This document shows positions 48,705 to 58,902 of a stretch of 64,000 nucleotides of DNA, piece by piece. This DNA comes from Bacteroidia bacterium. Its GTDB lineage: Bacteria > Bacteroidota > Bacteroidia > UBA8524. The notes beneath the pieces are model-generated. The model was not told the origin of the DNA. It saw only the letters and a list, made by a program, of their open reading frames with translations, and ran no database searches. The stretch lies in contig JBBKVO010000017.1 in NCBI GenBank assembly GCA_037968475.1, positions 78,598 to 142,597 of the forward strand, given 5' to 3'. Each line of letters starts with the position of its first letter. The first letter of the stretch is position 1. The translations under genes were made by a program, and so were the position numbers.

Positions 48705-49694
48705 CTATTTCTTTTCGGGCGGATTCTGTTTTAGCCACTCAACAGTTTTTTGCATTCCTTCTTCAAAGGGGGTAAAGCTAATACCTAATTCGGTTTTGGC
48801 TTTAGTATTATCCAATACCCAATTATACATATAACGTCTTACCCAAGGAGGAGTAATAGTTGGAGTAATACCTAAAGGGGCAAGCCACAACATAACCCGA
48901 GATATGCCCATAATAATGCTAACGGGTAGATTTACCATTTTTTGGGTAGCACCTGTAGCTTGTTTTGCAATGGAAAAATAGGTGTTAAAATCAATATTAT
49001 CTCCGCCGATAATATAACGGTGACCGCTTTTACCTTTTTCTACCGTTTGATAGCAAGCATCAAGCACATCATCAATGTATACATAGTTGCCTATGCTTTT
49101 CCCATCGCCGGGTATTATACGCCATCCGTTAGCTACTTGGTATATCAAACGTGTTCCTGCATTAGCCTCCGTAAGCTGACCAGGGCCAAATACGCGGGTA
49201 AGGTTTAATGAGGATACAGTAAGACTATCACTACTTTGTTCTAATAGCCATTTTTCGGCTTCGGCTTTGGTACGTTCGTACTCGTTAAAATAGGGGGTGG
49301 TGCGCGTCGTATCTTCATGCACAGGCATATTATCACTAGGGCCTAGTATGCCTGCTGATGATATGTATATAAATTTTTTAACGTTTGCTTTTTGTGCTGC
49401 CGCAAAAACGTTTTGACTTCCCTTTATATTTATCTCGCCATATAACACTTCTTTTGGAGTATACAATGCCGAAAAAGCTGCCGAATGTATAACAATATCA
49501 CAATCCTGCATTGCTGTTTCAAGTGCCTCAGCTTGATGTACATCACCTGTAAAAAGTAAAATATTATCATGCACCAAAAGGGTAGCCTTTTGTTTTGATC
49601 GCACCAATGCGTGTACCGTAAATCCTTTATTGGCAAAATGGAGGGCAATGCGGTTGCCAATATAACCAGTACCACCCGTTAAAAACACCTTCAT
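48705..49694 (-). CDS. NAD-dependent epimerase/dehydratase family protein.
   Basis: VFLTGGTGYIGNRIALHF Rossmann motif; YxxxK. Confidence 0.8.
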   Translation of the reverse strand: MKVFLTGGTGYIGNRIALHFANKGFTVHALVRSKQKATLLVHDNILLFTGDVHQAEALETAMQDCDIVIHSAAFSALYTPKEVLYGEINIKGSQNVFAAAQKANVKKFIYISSAGILGPSDNMPVHEDTTRTTPYFNEYERTKAEAEKWLLEQSSDSLTVSSLNLTRVFGPGQLTEANAGTRLIYQVANGWRIIPGDGKSIGNYVYIDDVLDACYQTVEKGKSGHRYIIGGDNIDFNTYFSIAKQATGATQKMVNLPVSIIMGISRVMLWLAPLGITPTITPPWVRRYMYNWVLDNTKAKTELGISFTPFEEGMQKTVEWLKQNPPEKK

Positions 49695-49721
49695 AGTTTC
49701 TTCTTCTAATAAAAATGCTTG

Positions 49722-50426
49722 TTAAAATTTTTTCCAGTCAATTTTCATTTGGGGATTGGCATATATAGCCACCATACTGTTGGACAGTGCCAATGTAAGG
49801 TGTATAAGCCATGCTGCCCAAAAACTACCTGTAAAATAGCTTACCAAGCATAGCACAACCCCAAAGGGTATCGACGCTATTATTTCTAATCTCCCTTTAG
49901 GCAAATGTGCCACTGCATATAATATGCAGTTGATGGTAATATTAAGCCAAAGGGGTAAAATTTCTATTCCTGCAAAAAACAATATACCTCTAAACAAAAA
50001 TTCGTAGCCCAGTAGGTATATAGCCCAACCAAAAATGTAGTAGCCAAGTAAACTTACCGGCCATGCTTCGGTACGTATTTGTGGGTATAGGTTATAATTG
50101 GCAGGTTTGCCCGCACGAATTATATTTATGGTTAATACTATTGCCCCAAATATACCCCACCATAACAATACTTTTTGTGGGTGTATAAATGCTATACCCA
50201 ATGCTTCAGGATTGTACAAGCCCATTATTAGCAACACTATAAGTGGTAGGATAAGCATAAGAACGAAGCCCGCAAATTTTTCAAGACCAACGTACAAGAC
50301 ATTGGCTTTAGAAAAACCGTATTTAATGCTGAATTTGTTTTCTACTTTTTTACGACTATACAATAGCCAAAAGTAAAAGGCAAAGGCAACAAAGAATAGG
50401 GCGTATACTGAAATTATGGTTTGCAA
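49722..50426 (-). CDS. CPBP-family intramembrane metalloprotease (CAAX protease-like).
   Basis: EFLFRGILF (EExxxR-type) and YAVAHL motifs in a multi-TM protein. Confidence 0.6.
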   Translation of the reverse strand: MQTIISVYALFFVAFAFYFWLLYSRKKVENKFSIKYGFSKANVLYVGLEKFAGFVLMLILPLIVLLIMGLYNPEALGIAFIHPQKVLLWWGIFGAIVLTINIIRAGKPANYNLYPQIRTEAWPVSLLGYYIFGWAIYLLGYEFLFRGILFFAGIEILPLWLNITINCILYAVAHLPKGRLEIIASIPFGVVLCLVSYFTGSFWAAWLIHLTLALSNSMVAIYANPQMKIDWKKF

Positions 50427-50508
50427 AACAGTTGCTAAATTAGTGGTTTACCCTGTTTAAGCCACATTAAATATTGATGTAATGCAACTTTTGTGCGATG
50501 AAACGTAG

Positions 50509-51240
50509 TTAAGCTACTTCAAAGTAGAACTTTAGCAATAGTGATACACCTATAGCAAATACTAAACCCAGTATTATTTTTTTGAAAAGTGATTGACTGA
50601 TTTTATCGAGCAATTGCTTGCCTATCCACGAGCCGATAAACGATACAATTATAAGAAAGGGGATAAGAAAATATAAATCACTACTCAAATAACCATTGCC
50701 TAAATAGATAAACGAGCGGCTAACATCAACCCCCATATCTATAGTGGCCGATGTAGCAATAAAAACTCCTTTTTCAAAATTAAAACCCGCTAATAGCAGC
50801 CCACGCAGTGGGCCACCCGTACCAATAAATCCTGCTAAAAAGCCTGCCAGCCCTCCACCCACAATGGCGTTTGTTTTTGTTGGGGCAAGTGCCCAGTTGG
50901 GTTTTAGCCAAAGTGCGGTGCTAGTAACAATTAATACAATACCCAAAGCAGCCTCAGCCCAAGTGAGGCGAATATAGGTGGTGAGCCATGCACCAACCAA
51001 TACCAATAGCACACCCGGTATACCTAGCAACAAGCTAATTTTCCAATTGATATGTGTACGGAAAAGCCACATTTTGCTGCCGTTGCTAAAAACGTGCATT
51101 AGGCCTGTAATGGCCAATACCGTTTTGAAATTAAAGAAGAATTGTGAAAGGGAAACCATGAAAATAGAAGAGCCAAACCCACCAACGGTGCCTAAAATTT
51201 CTGCTAATAGTGTGATAAGTAAAAACAGCAGATATTTCAT
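50509..51240 (-). CDS. Sulfite exporter TauE/SafE-family membrane protein.
   Basis: Internally duplicated 4+4 TM architecture with Gly-rich helices (GGFGSS.., GTGGPLRG). Confidence 0.65.
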   Translation of the reverse strand: MKYLLFLLITLLAEILGTVGGFGSSIFMVSLSQFFFNFKTVLAITGLMHVFSNGSKMWLFRTHINWKISLLLGIPGVLLVLVGAWLTTYIRLTWAEAALGIVLIVTSTALWLKPNWALAPTKTNAIVGGGLAGFLAGFIGTGGPLRGLLLAGFNFEKGVFIATSATIDMGVDVSRSFIYLGNGYLSSDLYFLIPFLIIVSFIGSWIGKQLLDKISQSLFKKIILGLVFAIGVSLLLKFYFEVA

Positions 51241-51256
51241 GGGGCAGGATTAGAAG

Positions 51257-51817
51257 TTAGGTATTGCAAATATTCATAGTGCGCTCTAAGCCAATAGCTG
51301 CGTAAGATAATACCGCATCAGCAGCACGTTGTATATGGGCATCAATATCTTTTTGTTCTTCAATGCTCCACTTACTAAGCACATAATCAACTTGGCGGCC
51401 TTTTGAAAAATTATCGCCCACACCAAAACGAAGGCGGGGATAATCGGCAGTTTGTAATACCTCAGTTATGCTTTTTAGTCCGTTGTGTCCGCCATCGCTG
51501 CCTTTGCCACGCATACGCAGTTTGCCAAAGGGCAAGGCCAAATCATCAGTAACCACTAGTATATTGGCTAAATCAACCTTGGCTTCTGTTTTCCAATAGG
51601 AAACAGCCTTGCCGCTCAGGTTCATATAAGTAGTGGGTTTTATTAAATGTATGGTGCGGCCTTTGTATTTTCCTTCGGCATGGTAGGCCAATCGGCCAAC
51701 TTCAAACTGAATATCTAACCTTTTAGCCACTTCATTCAGTACCTCAAAACCAATATTGTGTCGGGTAAACTCATAGTCAGCACCAATATTGCCCAATCCT
51801 GCTATTAAAAACTTCAT
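51257..51817 (-). CDS. pth: Peptidyl-tRNA hydrolase.
   Basis: MKFLIAGLGNIGADYEFTRHNIGF is the canonical Pth N-terminus. Confidence 0.9.
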   Translation of the reverse strand: MKFLIAGLGNIGADYEFTRHNIGFEVLNEVAKRLDIQFEVGRLAYHAEGKYKGRTIHLIKPTTYMNLSGKAVSYWKTEAKVDLANILVVTDDLALPFGKLRMRGKGSDGGHNGLKSITEVLQTADYPRLRFGVGDNFSKGRQVDYVLSKWSIEEQKDIDAHIQRAADAVLSYAAIGLERTMNICNT

Positions 51818-51820
51818 AAA

Positions 51821-53047
51821 CTATTTACCAAAATACATTTCTTGTTGCGATGATTTTAGGGCAGGGTATAGCGATGTAACTGCGCCTAAAAATAAGGTGG
51901 TAAAAAATACCAAAACAATATCAAAAATCTTCATTTTCACAGGGTAGTTATTTACTACAAAAGTGCCTGCACCACCCAGTTTTATAAAGCCGTAGGTTTG
52001 CTGTAACCAGCATACTAATATGCCCAATGCTATACCTACAAGTGCACCTATAAGAGCTATAATAATACCTTCTTTAAAAAATATTTTGCGTATTAGTCCA
52101 TTGGGTGCACCCATACTTTTCAGTACCGATATATCTCCTTTTTTATCAATCACCAACATAGTTAGCGAGCCTATAACATTAAAGGCAGCTACCAAAAGTA
52201 TAAAGGTGAGAATGAAATAAGTAGCCCAACGTTCTGTATTAAACACGCGATACAAAACCTCTTGCAATTGGTAGCGGTTTTTCACCTCGTAGCTTTCGCC
52301 CAGTAGTTCTTGTATTTGACTTTGTACTTTTTTAGTATCGGCACTAGAGGTTAGTAGTATTTCAAAACTGCTTATTTCCCTATCGTATTCTAACAACTGA
52401 CGTGCAAAATCAAGGGGTACTATTACGTATTTGTCGTTTATGTTATCCTCAACACTAAATATACCCGATGGTGAAATGTATTTTTTCACCATAGCATTAT
52501 CAAGATCAAAGGTAGTAGTGTTGCCTCTTTTGGGAGTGTATACGGCTATTTGGGTGAAATAATTATCAATATTAACCGATAGAAAACGGGCTATGCCATA
52601 GCCCAATATGGCAAAGTTATTTCCATTTTCAGTAAGCACCATACTACCTTCCAGCATCATGGTATCTAAACCGCTGTATGTTTCAAAGCCTTTGCTAACT
52701 CCTTTTATTGTAGCTATGGTTTGCTTGTCGTCGTACTTTAATACTGCGTTTTCTTCCAGTACTTCAGTTATGTGTAATACACCTTTAATATTCCTTAGCT
52801 CAGCATATTTAGTAGTATCAGGGTTAAATACTTTGCCCTGTGCGGGTGTGATTTTAATATCAGGGTCGAAGGTGTTGTATAGCGATACCACCAAATCTTC
52901 GAAACCATTAAATACCGAAAGTACCACCACAAGCGCAAACGAGCCCACTGCAAAGCCAACAATGGATATGCCTGATATAATATTGATGGCGTTTTTGTTG
53001 TTTTTTGAAAACAAATACCGCCGAGATATGAAATTGGAAAGATTCAA
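51821..53047 (-). CDS. FtsX-like ABC transporter permease (LolC/E-type lipoprotein-release permease).
   Basis: N-terminal TM, large periplasmic domain, C-terminal three-TM FtsX domain; MNLSNFISRRYLFSKNN is a typical LolE start. Confidence 0.75.
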   Translation of the reverse strand: MNLSNFISRRYLFSKNNKNAINIISGISIVGFAVGSFALVVVLSVFNGFEDLVVSLYNTFDPDIKITPAQGKVFNPDTTKYAELRNIKGVLHITEVLEENAVLKYDDKQTIATIKGVSKGFETYSGLDTMMLEGSMVLTENGNNFAILGYGIARFLSVNIDNYFTQIAVYTPKRGNTTTFDLDNAMVKKYISPSGIFSVEDNINDKYVIVPLDFARQLLEYDREISSFEILLTSSADTKKVQSQIQELLGESYEVKNRYQLQEVLYRVFNTERWATYFILTFILLVAAFNVIGSLTMLVIDKKGDISVLKSMGAPNGLIRKIFFKEGIIIALIGALVGIALGILVCWLQQTYGFIKLGGAGTFVVNNYPVKMKIFDIVLVFFTTLFLGAVTSLYPALKSSQQEMYFGK

Positions 53048-53126
53048 CCTGCTTTGTGTTTAGGGCAAAAATACGTTTTTAGCTCATTGCAGGGATATGA
53101 ATTATCGAAATAAAGGAGTGTTTTGA

Positions 53127-53933
53127 TTATTTATAGGCTTTTACCAACATACCGGTACCCGTTAAGTGCCCTACGTGCGTATCAATATAGTTTAATAACA
53201 AGCAGAGGGGAGCCATTATAATGTAGTATAGTGGTAGTATGAATAAAAACCAACGAGATATATTTAATAGCTTAAAAGGTAATTTCATTGATAAACTCCA
53301 CGAAAGTTTACCTGCTTTACCATACGAGTATCGTGCGCGCACTTTTTTAAAGCCCAGTTTTTTAAGGCGTTGTTTCAAATCGCGCATATCATAGCCTACC
53401 CTCACTTTTTCGCCGTGCAGGCCTGTACTTAAACATTCAATAGGTTGTTCATTCTTTTTGCAGGCTTGGGTAAATAATAGTAGGTTACCGTCGTCCTTTA
53501 AATCGTCATAAAAAACCTTTAACATATCGTTGTCTTCGGCTACGTATTCAATCACATCAACAGCCAAAATCAAATCAAATGCTTTTGGTTGCTTTAGGTC
53601 TAGTATGTTGCCACTACGGCAAAACACATTATCAATTTTCTTTTTCCTGAAAAAATTATTGCATTCGCAAATAGCCTGTTGGCGAATATCCATTGCCGTA
53701 ACATTGTATTGCGAGTTGAGTTGGCTCATATAATAGCTATACTGCCCATATCCTGAACCTGCATCTAAAATGTGAGAAGGGTGTTTGTTAGAATTGGCCC
53801 AAATGCGCAGTTCTCTGTGCACGTGCCAACTTTTCAGCATAAAAAAATCTATTAGCCAAAAGAAAATTCTTTTCTGTCGAGCATTGCTACCAAAAATGGT
53901 AGCTAAAGTGCCTTCAATACGCTGGCAGTCCAT
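53127..53933 (-). CDS. Class I SAM-dependent methyltransferase.
   Basis: ILDAGSGYGQYSYYM is motif I. Confidence 0.55.
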   Translation of the reverse strand: MDCQRIEGTLATIFGSNARQKRIFFWLIDFFMLKSWHVHRELRIWANSNKHPSHILDAGSGYGQYSYYMSQLNSQYNVTAMDIRQQAICECNNFFRKKKIDNVFCRSGNILDLKQPKAFDLILAVDVIEYVAEDNDMLKVFYDDLKDDGNLLLFTQACKKNEQPIECLSTGLHGEKVRVGYDMRDLKQRLKKLGFKKVRARYSYGKAGKLSWSLSMKLPFKLLNISRWFLFILPLYYIIMAPLCLLLNYIDTHVGHLTGTGMLVKAYK

Positions 53934-54326
53934 CTATTTCTTTTCTATTTTTTCTGTGGAATTTTCGGCTTGTGGTTCGTCGCTTTTAATATTTTTAAAA
54001 ACTTCTTCCATATGCTCTACATAATCAAGGCTATCATCAATATAAAACTCCAATTCGGGAATTTTTCTAACCTGATTTTTTATTTTAGCTGCCAATTCGT
54101 GCCTTATCTCTTTTTTGTGCAGTTGCACTAAATTTAATAAGTCATTTTTGTTACCAACTTTAAAGAAGCTAAGGTAAACCTTAGCATAGCCCATATCGGG
54201 CGATACGCTTACACTGCTAATGGTGATGAAGTTTCCTTTAAACAAAGAGGGTGTTTTTTGTAAGAAAATATCACCTAAATCTCTTTGTACCAACTTCGCA
54301 AATTTTTCCTGCCTACGGCTATTCAT
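53934..54326 (-). CDS. rbfA: Ribosome-binding factor A.
   Basis: RRQEKFAKLVQRDLGDIF... and the length match RbfA. Confidence 0.8.
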   Translation of the reverse strand: MNSRRQEKFAKLVQRDLGDIFLQKTPSLFKGNFITISSVSVSPDMGYAKVYLSFFKVGNKNDLLNLVQLHKKEIRHELAAKIKNQVRKIPELEFYIDDSLDYVEHMEEVFKNIKSDEPQAENSTEKIEKK

Positions 54327-54448
54327 ATAACTAACTTACAAATATCAAATACTTTTAGGTTTTATTACTACATATAACACGCCGTTGTGGTAAAGTGTTT
54401 TGTATGAGGTAGATAAATTTATGTATCTACAAGTTTTTGTAGCTTAGT

Positions 54449-55150
54449 ATGTATGTGTTATTTGCTTTGGCACTTTGTTTATTTGTTATAATTATTGAGC
54501 AAATAGTATCTTCGCCGCAAGTGCAAACGCTAGATATAATACTAAAGGGCTTTTTGGCAGGTTTGATGCTGAGTTTTGGTTTAGGGGCTGTTTTTTTTGC
54601 TTTAATACAGAATAGTATTAAGGGTGGGTATAAAACAGGCATTGCCATTGCGTCAGGCGTTATTTTATCAGATATAATTTTTGTGAGTTTTGCCCTTTTG
54701 GGCACCAGCTTGTTTAGTCAGGGCGATTTGCGCAGTCGCTGGGTACAGCTTTTAGCCATATCGTTTTTGTTGTTTTTGGGTATTTATACTTTTATCAATG
54801 CAAAAAAGCCACTGGATAAAACCTCTAGCGATAACTCGATAAGTTTTGGAAATGTGATGAAGTATTTTGGTAAAGGGTTTTTGCTAAACGGACTTAACCC
54901 TGCTAATTTTTTTGCATGGACGGTTATATGTACGTATACCACTGGTACACTAGGCTATACTATTAACAACAATATCTTATTTTTTTCTTTTTCTTTATTA
55001 GCTATATTTTTAATGGAAAGCGCTATTTCTTTTGGGGCACACTCTATTAAAAGACACCTAACTGATAAAATAATGCTGTGGATTAATCGTATTAGTGGCA
55101 GCATATACATAGCCGTAGCTATATGGCTTGTTATCACTTTGTATTTGTAG
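54449..55150 (+). CDS. LysE/RhtB-type amino-acid exporter-like membrane protein.
   Basis: Six-TM ~210-aa topology with the N-terminal LKGFLAGL..G pattern. Confidence 0.5.
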   Translation: MYVLFALALCLFVIIIEQIVSSPQVQTLDIILKGFLAGLMLSFGLGAVFFALIQNSIKGGYKTGIAIASGVILSDIIFVSFALLGTSLFSQGDLRSRWVQLLAISFLLFLGIYTFINAKKPLDKTSSDNSISFGNVMKYFGKGFLLNGLNPANFFAWTVICTYTTGTLGYTINNNILFFSFSLLAIFLMESAISFGAHSIKRHLTDKIMLWINRISGSIYIAVAIWLVITLYL

Positions 55151-55221
55151 GCACTCTTTTTTTGGGGTTGCTAAAGTATTTTTTTTTATATCTTGCCCAC
55201 TACGTTATTTATTAGATAGAT

Positions 55222-57726
55222 ATGAAAAGAATTTTACTTGGATTTTTATTAACTACCCTCTCAGTTTCTCTTTCCATTGGCCAATGTATGCTTGTTCCTG
55301 TATCGCTGCAAGACCGCACAAAAAGTGCTTCGGTTGTTGTAGAAGGAGAAGTAATAGCTAGTCAAAGTTATTGGAATAAAAGCCACACATGCATTTATAC
55401 TTTACATCAAATACGCCCTACCAAAATATTTAATTGGGATATTAGCGGCGCAATTCCTCAAGGCTTTTATGTAGTTACCGAAGGCGGCATGGTGGATAAT
55501 ACTATGCTAAATGTTACCTCTACACTTGAATTGAAAAAAGGTGATGTAGGCATTTTCTTTTGTCAAACCTCGCAAGTTGTTATTGAGAATGAAAACATTG
55601 AACCTTATTGGTATAAGTTTGAGGCCTATGCAGGCCCTCAAGGTTGTATAAAGTTTGATACTAAAAAGATAAATGCTACCGACCCTTTTGCTAGCTATAG
55701 CATTAACCCCGATTTATACAATCAGATAACACAACTGACAGGCAAAAGCTATACTGTTGTGGGTGATTATAAACAACCTTACCCAACTATAAATGTAGCT
55801 CCAACAATAACATCGTTTAGCCCTGATAGCCTAAGTGCGGGTACTAAAAGTGTACTAACTATTACAGGTACAGGTTTCGGATCATCTCAAGGGTCTGGAA
55901 GAGTTAGGTTTAAAGATGCAAACAGTGGCGGAAGTGCGCTATACGATCCTGAAGATGTGGAGTATGTTTCGTGGACTGATACTGAAATAAAAGTTGAGGT
56001 TACAAGCAGGGCAGGTACAGGCAAGTTTACTGTTGATAATGGCTCAGGCAGTACACAATCAGCCACAAATCTTACAATCACTTTTTCGCAACTTAATGTG
56101 GTTGACGGTAACAATATAACCTACCAACCTATACATATTGGTGAGAATGGTACAGGCTATACTTGGCAATTTTATACTGATTTTGATGCTAACTCGGTAG
56201 CAAAACAATCGTTTTTACGCGCCTTTCAAAACTGGCGTTGTGGTACACTTATTAACTGGAATATTGGAACAACTACAACTGTAAATACTATTGCACGAGA
56301 CAATGTGAATGTAATCCGTTTTGATATTGGTAGCGAGTTACCCAATGGAGTTTTGGGTCGTTGCAGCAGTTGGTGGAGTGGTTGCACACAAGGTGGAACA
56401 ACTAAATGGTATGTAGCCGAGTTGGATATTGTTTTTGACGACGGTGCAAACTGGAATTTTGGCCCCGGAAACCCTGCATTTTCTCAATACGATTTTGAAT
56501 CGGTGGCTGTGCACGAGTTGGGACATGGACACCAATTAGGGCACGTGATAAAGAGCACTGAAATAATGCACTATTCCATTTCCAACGGACAAAAGAAACG
56601 TGATTTGAGTACTGAAGGCGACCTTACGGGTGGTAATTATGTTATGGATTTAAACCTTAAAGGTGGGGTATGTGCCCAAAGTGTTATGAAAGCTCTTAAC
56701 CCTAACTTTTGTTCACTTATTCCTGTTGCAGGTTTTTCATCATCGGCTACATCAATATGCCCTTCAAATACTATAACTTTTACAGATACTTCGGGTGGAA
56801 GCACCAATAGTTTTTCTTGGAATTTTGGTATAGGTGCTGCACCAGCAACAGCTGTTGGCAAAGGCCCGCATAGTGTTACATACACAACAGCAGGCTTAAA
56901 AACAGTGCAGCTTATTGTAGGTGGCGTGATTGGTAACGATACGAGTACGAAGGTTGATTTGGTAGAGGTAATGCCAGATAAACCTACAAAACCAGTGGCT
57001 ATTTTTGGGACTGATACTGCTTGCGTAGGTTCGCAACAATATCAAATTGACAAAGTAGCAAACACACTTACTTATGATTGGGGTGTGGTAGGTGGAACCG
57101 TAAATAAAACCACTGATACTTTTGCTTTTGTATCGTTTGCTGCAAAAGCAGCTACAGCAAGTATATGGGTAAAAGCTACTAACTCTTGCGGTAGTTCTGA
57201 TTCTGTAGTGAAACAAGTACCTGTGTTGGATAAACCTTCAGCTGATTTTTCATTCACCATACAAAACGATACTATATATTTAACCAATGCCTCTACAGAT
57301 GCACTTAGCTATTTATGGAAGTTAGGGAACGGGCAAACCGCCTCTTTCCAAAACCTTAATATTATTCCGGCTCAAAGTGGTAATTATACGGTAAAGTTAT
57401 TGTCAACCAATTTTTGTGGTACTGATAGCACAGAGAAAACGATAAACTTTATAAAATCATCAATAGGGGAGGTGGTAAACAAAATTGGAGCCAGTGTATA
57501 TCCCAACCCGTTTACCTCAGTTACTACTGTTAGGGTGAATGATATTTACAGCCACTCTGATATGATGTTTGAGATGTATGATATTACAGGCCGTAAAGTG
57601 CAAGCTACCGCATTGCACGATGTTGAAACTACTATTGCTAAAGGTAATTTGGCTACAGGTATGTATGTATATAAAATACAAAGCAATGGTGAGTTGCTTG
57701 CCACAGGGCGTTTAGTAATAGAATAA
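55222..57726 (+). CDS. T9SS-secreted zinc metalloprotease with IPT/TIG and PKD domains and a C-terminal Por-type sorting domain.
   Basis: Signal peptide; VAVHELGHGHQLGH is the HExxH..(+His) zinc site. An IPT-like block (TITGTGFGSS.GSGRVRF) and PKD-like blocks follow. The CTD is VYPNPFTS...MFEMYDITGRKV...GMYVYKIQSNGELLATGRLVIE. Confidence 0.75.
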   Translation: MKRILLGFLLTTLSVSLSIGQCMLVPVSLQDRTKSASVVVEGEVIASQSYWNKSHTCIYTLHQIRPTKIFNWDISGAIPQGFYVVTEGGMVDNTMLNVTSTLELKKGDVGIFFCQTSQVVIENENIEPYWYKFEAYAGPQGCIKFDTKKINATDPFASYSINPDLYNQITQLTGKSYTVVGDYKQPYPTINVAPTITSFSPDSLSAGTKSVLTITGTGFGSSQGSGRVRFKDANSGGSALYDPEDVEYVSWTDTEIKVEVTSRAGTGKFTVDNGSGSTQSATNLTITFSQLNVVDGNNITYQPIHIGENGTGYTWQFYTDFDANSVAKQSFLRAFQNWRCGTLINWNIGTTTTVNTIARDNVNVIRFDIGSELPNGVLGRCSSWWSGCTQGGTTKWYVAELDIVFDDGANWNFGPGNPAFSQYDFESVAVHELGHGHQLGHVIKSTEIMHYSISNGQKKRDLSTEGDLTGGNYVMDLNLKGGVCAQSVMKALNPNFCSLIPVAGFSSSATSICPSNTITFTDTSGGSTNSFSWNFGIGAAPATAVGKGPHSVTYTTAGLKTVQLIVGGVIGNDTSTKVDLVEVMPDKPTKPVAIFGTDTACVGSQQYQIDKVANTLTYDWGVVGGTVNKTTDTFAFVSFAAKAATASIWVKATNSCGSSDSVVKQVPVLDKPSADFSFTIQNDTIYLTNASTDALSYLWKLGNGQTASFQNLNIIPAQSGNYTVKLLSTNFCGTDSTEKTINFIKSSIGEVVNKIGASVYPNPFTSVTTVRVNDIYSHSDMMFEMYDITGRKVQATALHDVETTIAKGNLATGMYVYKIQSNGELLATGRLVIE

Positions 57727-57744
57727 ATTTAATAGGTATTTACG

Positions 57745-57818
57745 GTAGGTATATAAAACCCATCGTTTTGAAATTACAACGCAAAAGAGGGCTTTAAGCC
57801 CCCTTTTGCGTTGTAATT
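57745..57818. repeat. M1 repeat module followed by a 48-bp near-perfect palindrome (aaattacaacgcaaaagagggcttt|aagcccccttttgcgttgtaattt).
   Basis: M1 is ggtatataaaacccatcgttttgaaattaca, the same module as at 36124. The palindrome arm ends are identical to the 31126-31174 palindrome. Confidence 0.65.
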
Positions 57819-57873
57819 TTTAATAGAATAGAATTTAAAATTCTATTAGTTTACATCCTCACTGAATAATACT

Positions 57874-57901
57874 AAAAAAGCCCGCAATTGCGGGCTTTTT
57901 T
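57874..57901. terminator. Bidirectional intrinsic terminator (A-run, gcccgcaattgcgggc, T-run).
   Basis: A perfect 16-nt palindrome flanked by A6 and T6, between convergent genes. Confidence 0.7.
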
Positions 57902-57922
57902 AGTTTGTAGTGTAAGACTATT

Positions 57923-58810
57923 TTATTTCAAATCGTAGTAACCGCTAGTGTGCAGTTCGCCATCAATAAAAATATCTATAATGTAAGTACCTTTTGGGAA
58001 ACGGTATTTTTCATCAGTAAAGTTAAAACAAAAGTCTTTTTTACTTTTGTTATAGCCAAATGTTTCTGACGCTGTATAACCTGTTTCTACACCGTTGCTT
58101 TTTACTATAAACTTGCCTTGCTCGCCCAATACACCTTTATCTTCAGGTTGCATAATACGTAGGTATGCAGTATGTTCTTTCTCCTCAGCATATTTGTTAT
58201 CCATCACACTAAAACATACTTCCATTTTTTCAGCACGGCGTGCCAAGCTGGTTTCAACAGGTTTGCCATTATAACGTAGTTTGTATGAGTTTACAGTAAC
58301 GTATTGCACATTTAGTGCTCCTGCATTTTTCAATTCGCCTGTAAGTGAATCGTTGCGTTGGCTCACAATTACTATTTCAGTTTTTAGTTTTTCGTTTTCA
58401 GCAGTTAGCTCGTCAATTCTCTCCAAGTATTGGTCGCGCATTACTTTTACATCTTCCAATTCTTTTCTCAAATCAGCTAATAAAGCGTTGGTTGATTTTT
58501 TATCGCGCAAAAGACTCTTTATATAGCTTTGGCGTTCTTTTAGTTTAGTTTGTGCATCATTTAACAAACTGTCCAATTCAGCATTTTTACCTCTATATGT
58601 TTCTAATTCCGCCAATGCCACGTTCAACTCGGTTTCTATACTCACACGGGCATCTACCAAGCTATCTATCACTACTTCTTTTTCTTGTATAGTAACCACA
58701 CCTGTATTTCTAGCTTTATACAAATAAAAGTTACCTGCCAACGAGCCTAAAAGCAGCAATGCCAATAGTATAAGCATCGCCTTGTTGCTTGATGATTTAT
58801 TCTCTTCCAT
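57923..58810 (-). CDS. Membrane-anchored coiled-coil protein; paralog of 44858..45772.
   Basis: Same architecture and alignable blocks (GKNAELDSLL..., ..YLRIM.PE......G.F......G......F..). Confidence 0.5.
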   Translation of the reverse strand: MEENKSSSNKAMLILLALLLLGSLAGNFYLYKARNTGVVTIQEKEVVIDSLVDARVSIETELNVALAELETYRGKNAELDSLLNDAQTKLKERQSYIKSLLRDKKSTNALLADLRKELEDVKVMRDQYLERIDELTAENEKLKTEIVIVSQRNDSLTGELKNAGALNVQYVTVNSYKLRYNGKPVETSLARRAEKMEVCFSVMDNKYAEEKEHTAYLRIMQPEDKGVLGEQGKFIVKSNGVETGYTASETFGYNKSKKDFCFNFTDEKYRFPKGTYIIDIFIDGELHTSGYYDLK

Positions 58811-58902
58811 AGTTCTTAATTATAATGTTTTACAAAACTACTATTTAGTTTCACTATTTGTGAAAAATACTGATGTGTTAGTTTGGGTTTTAATATGCGC
58901 AT

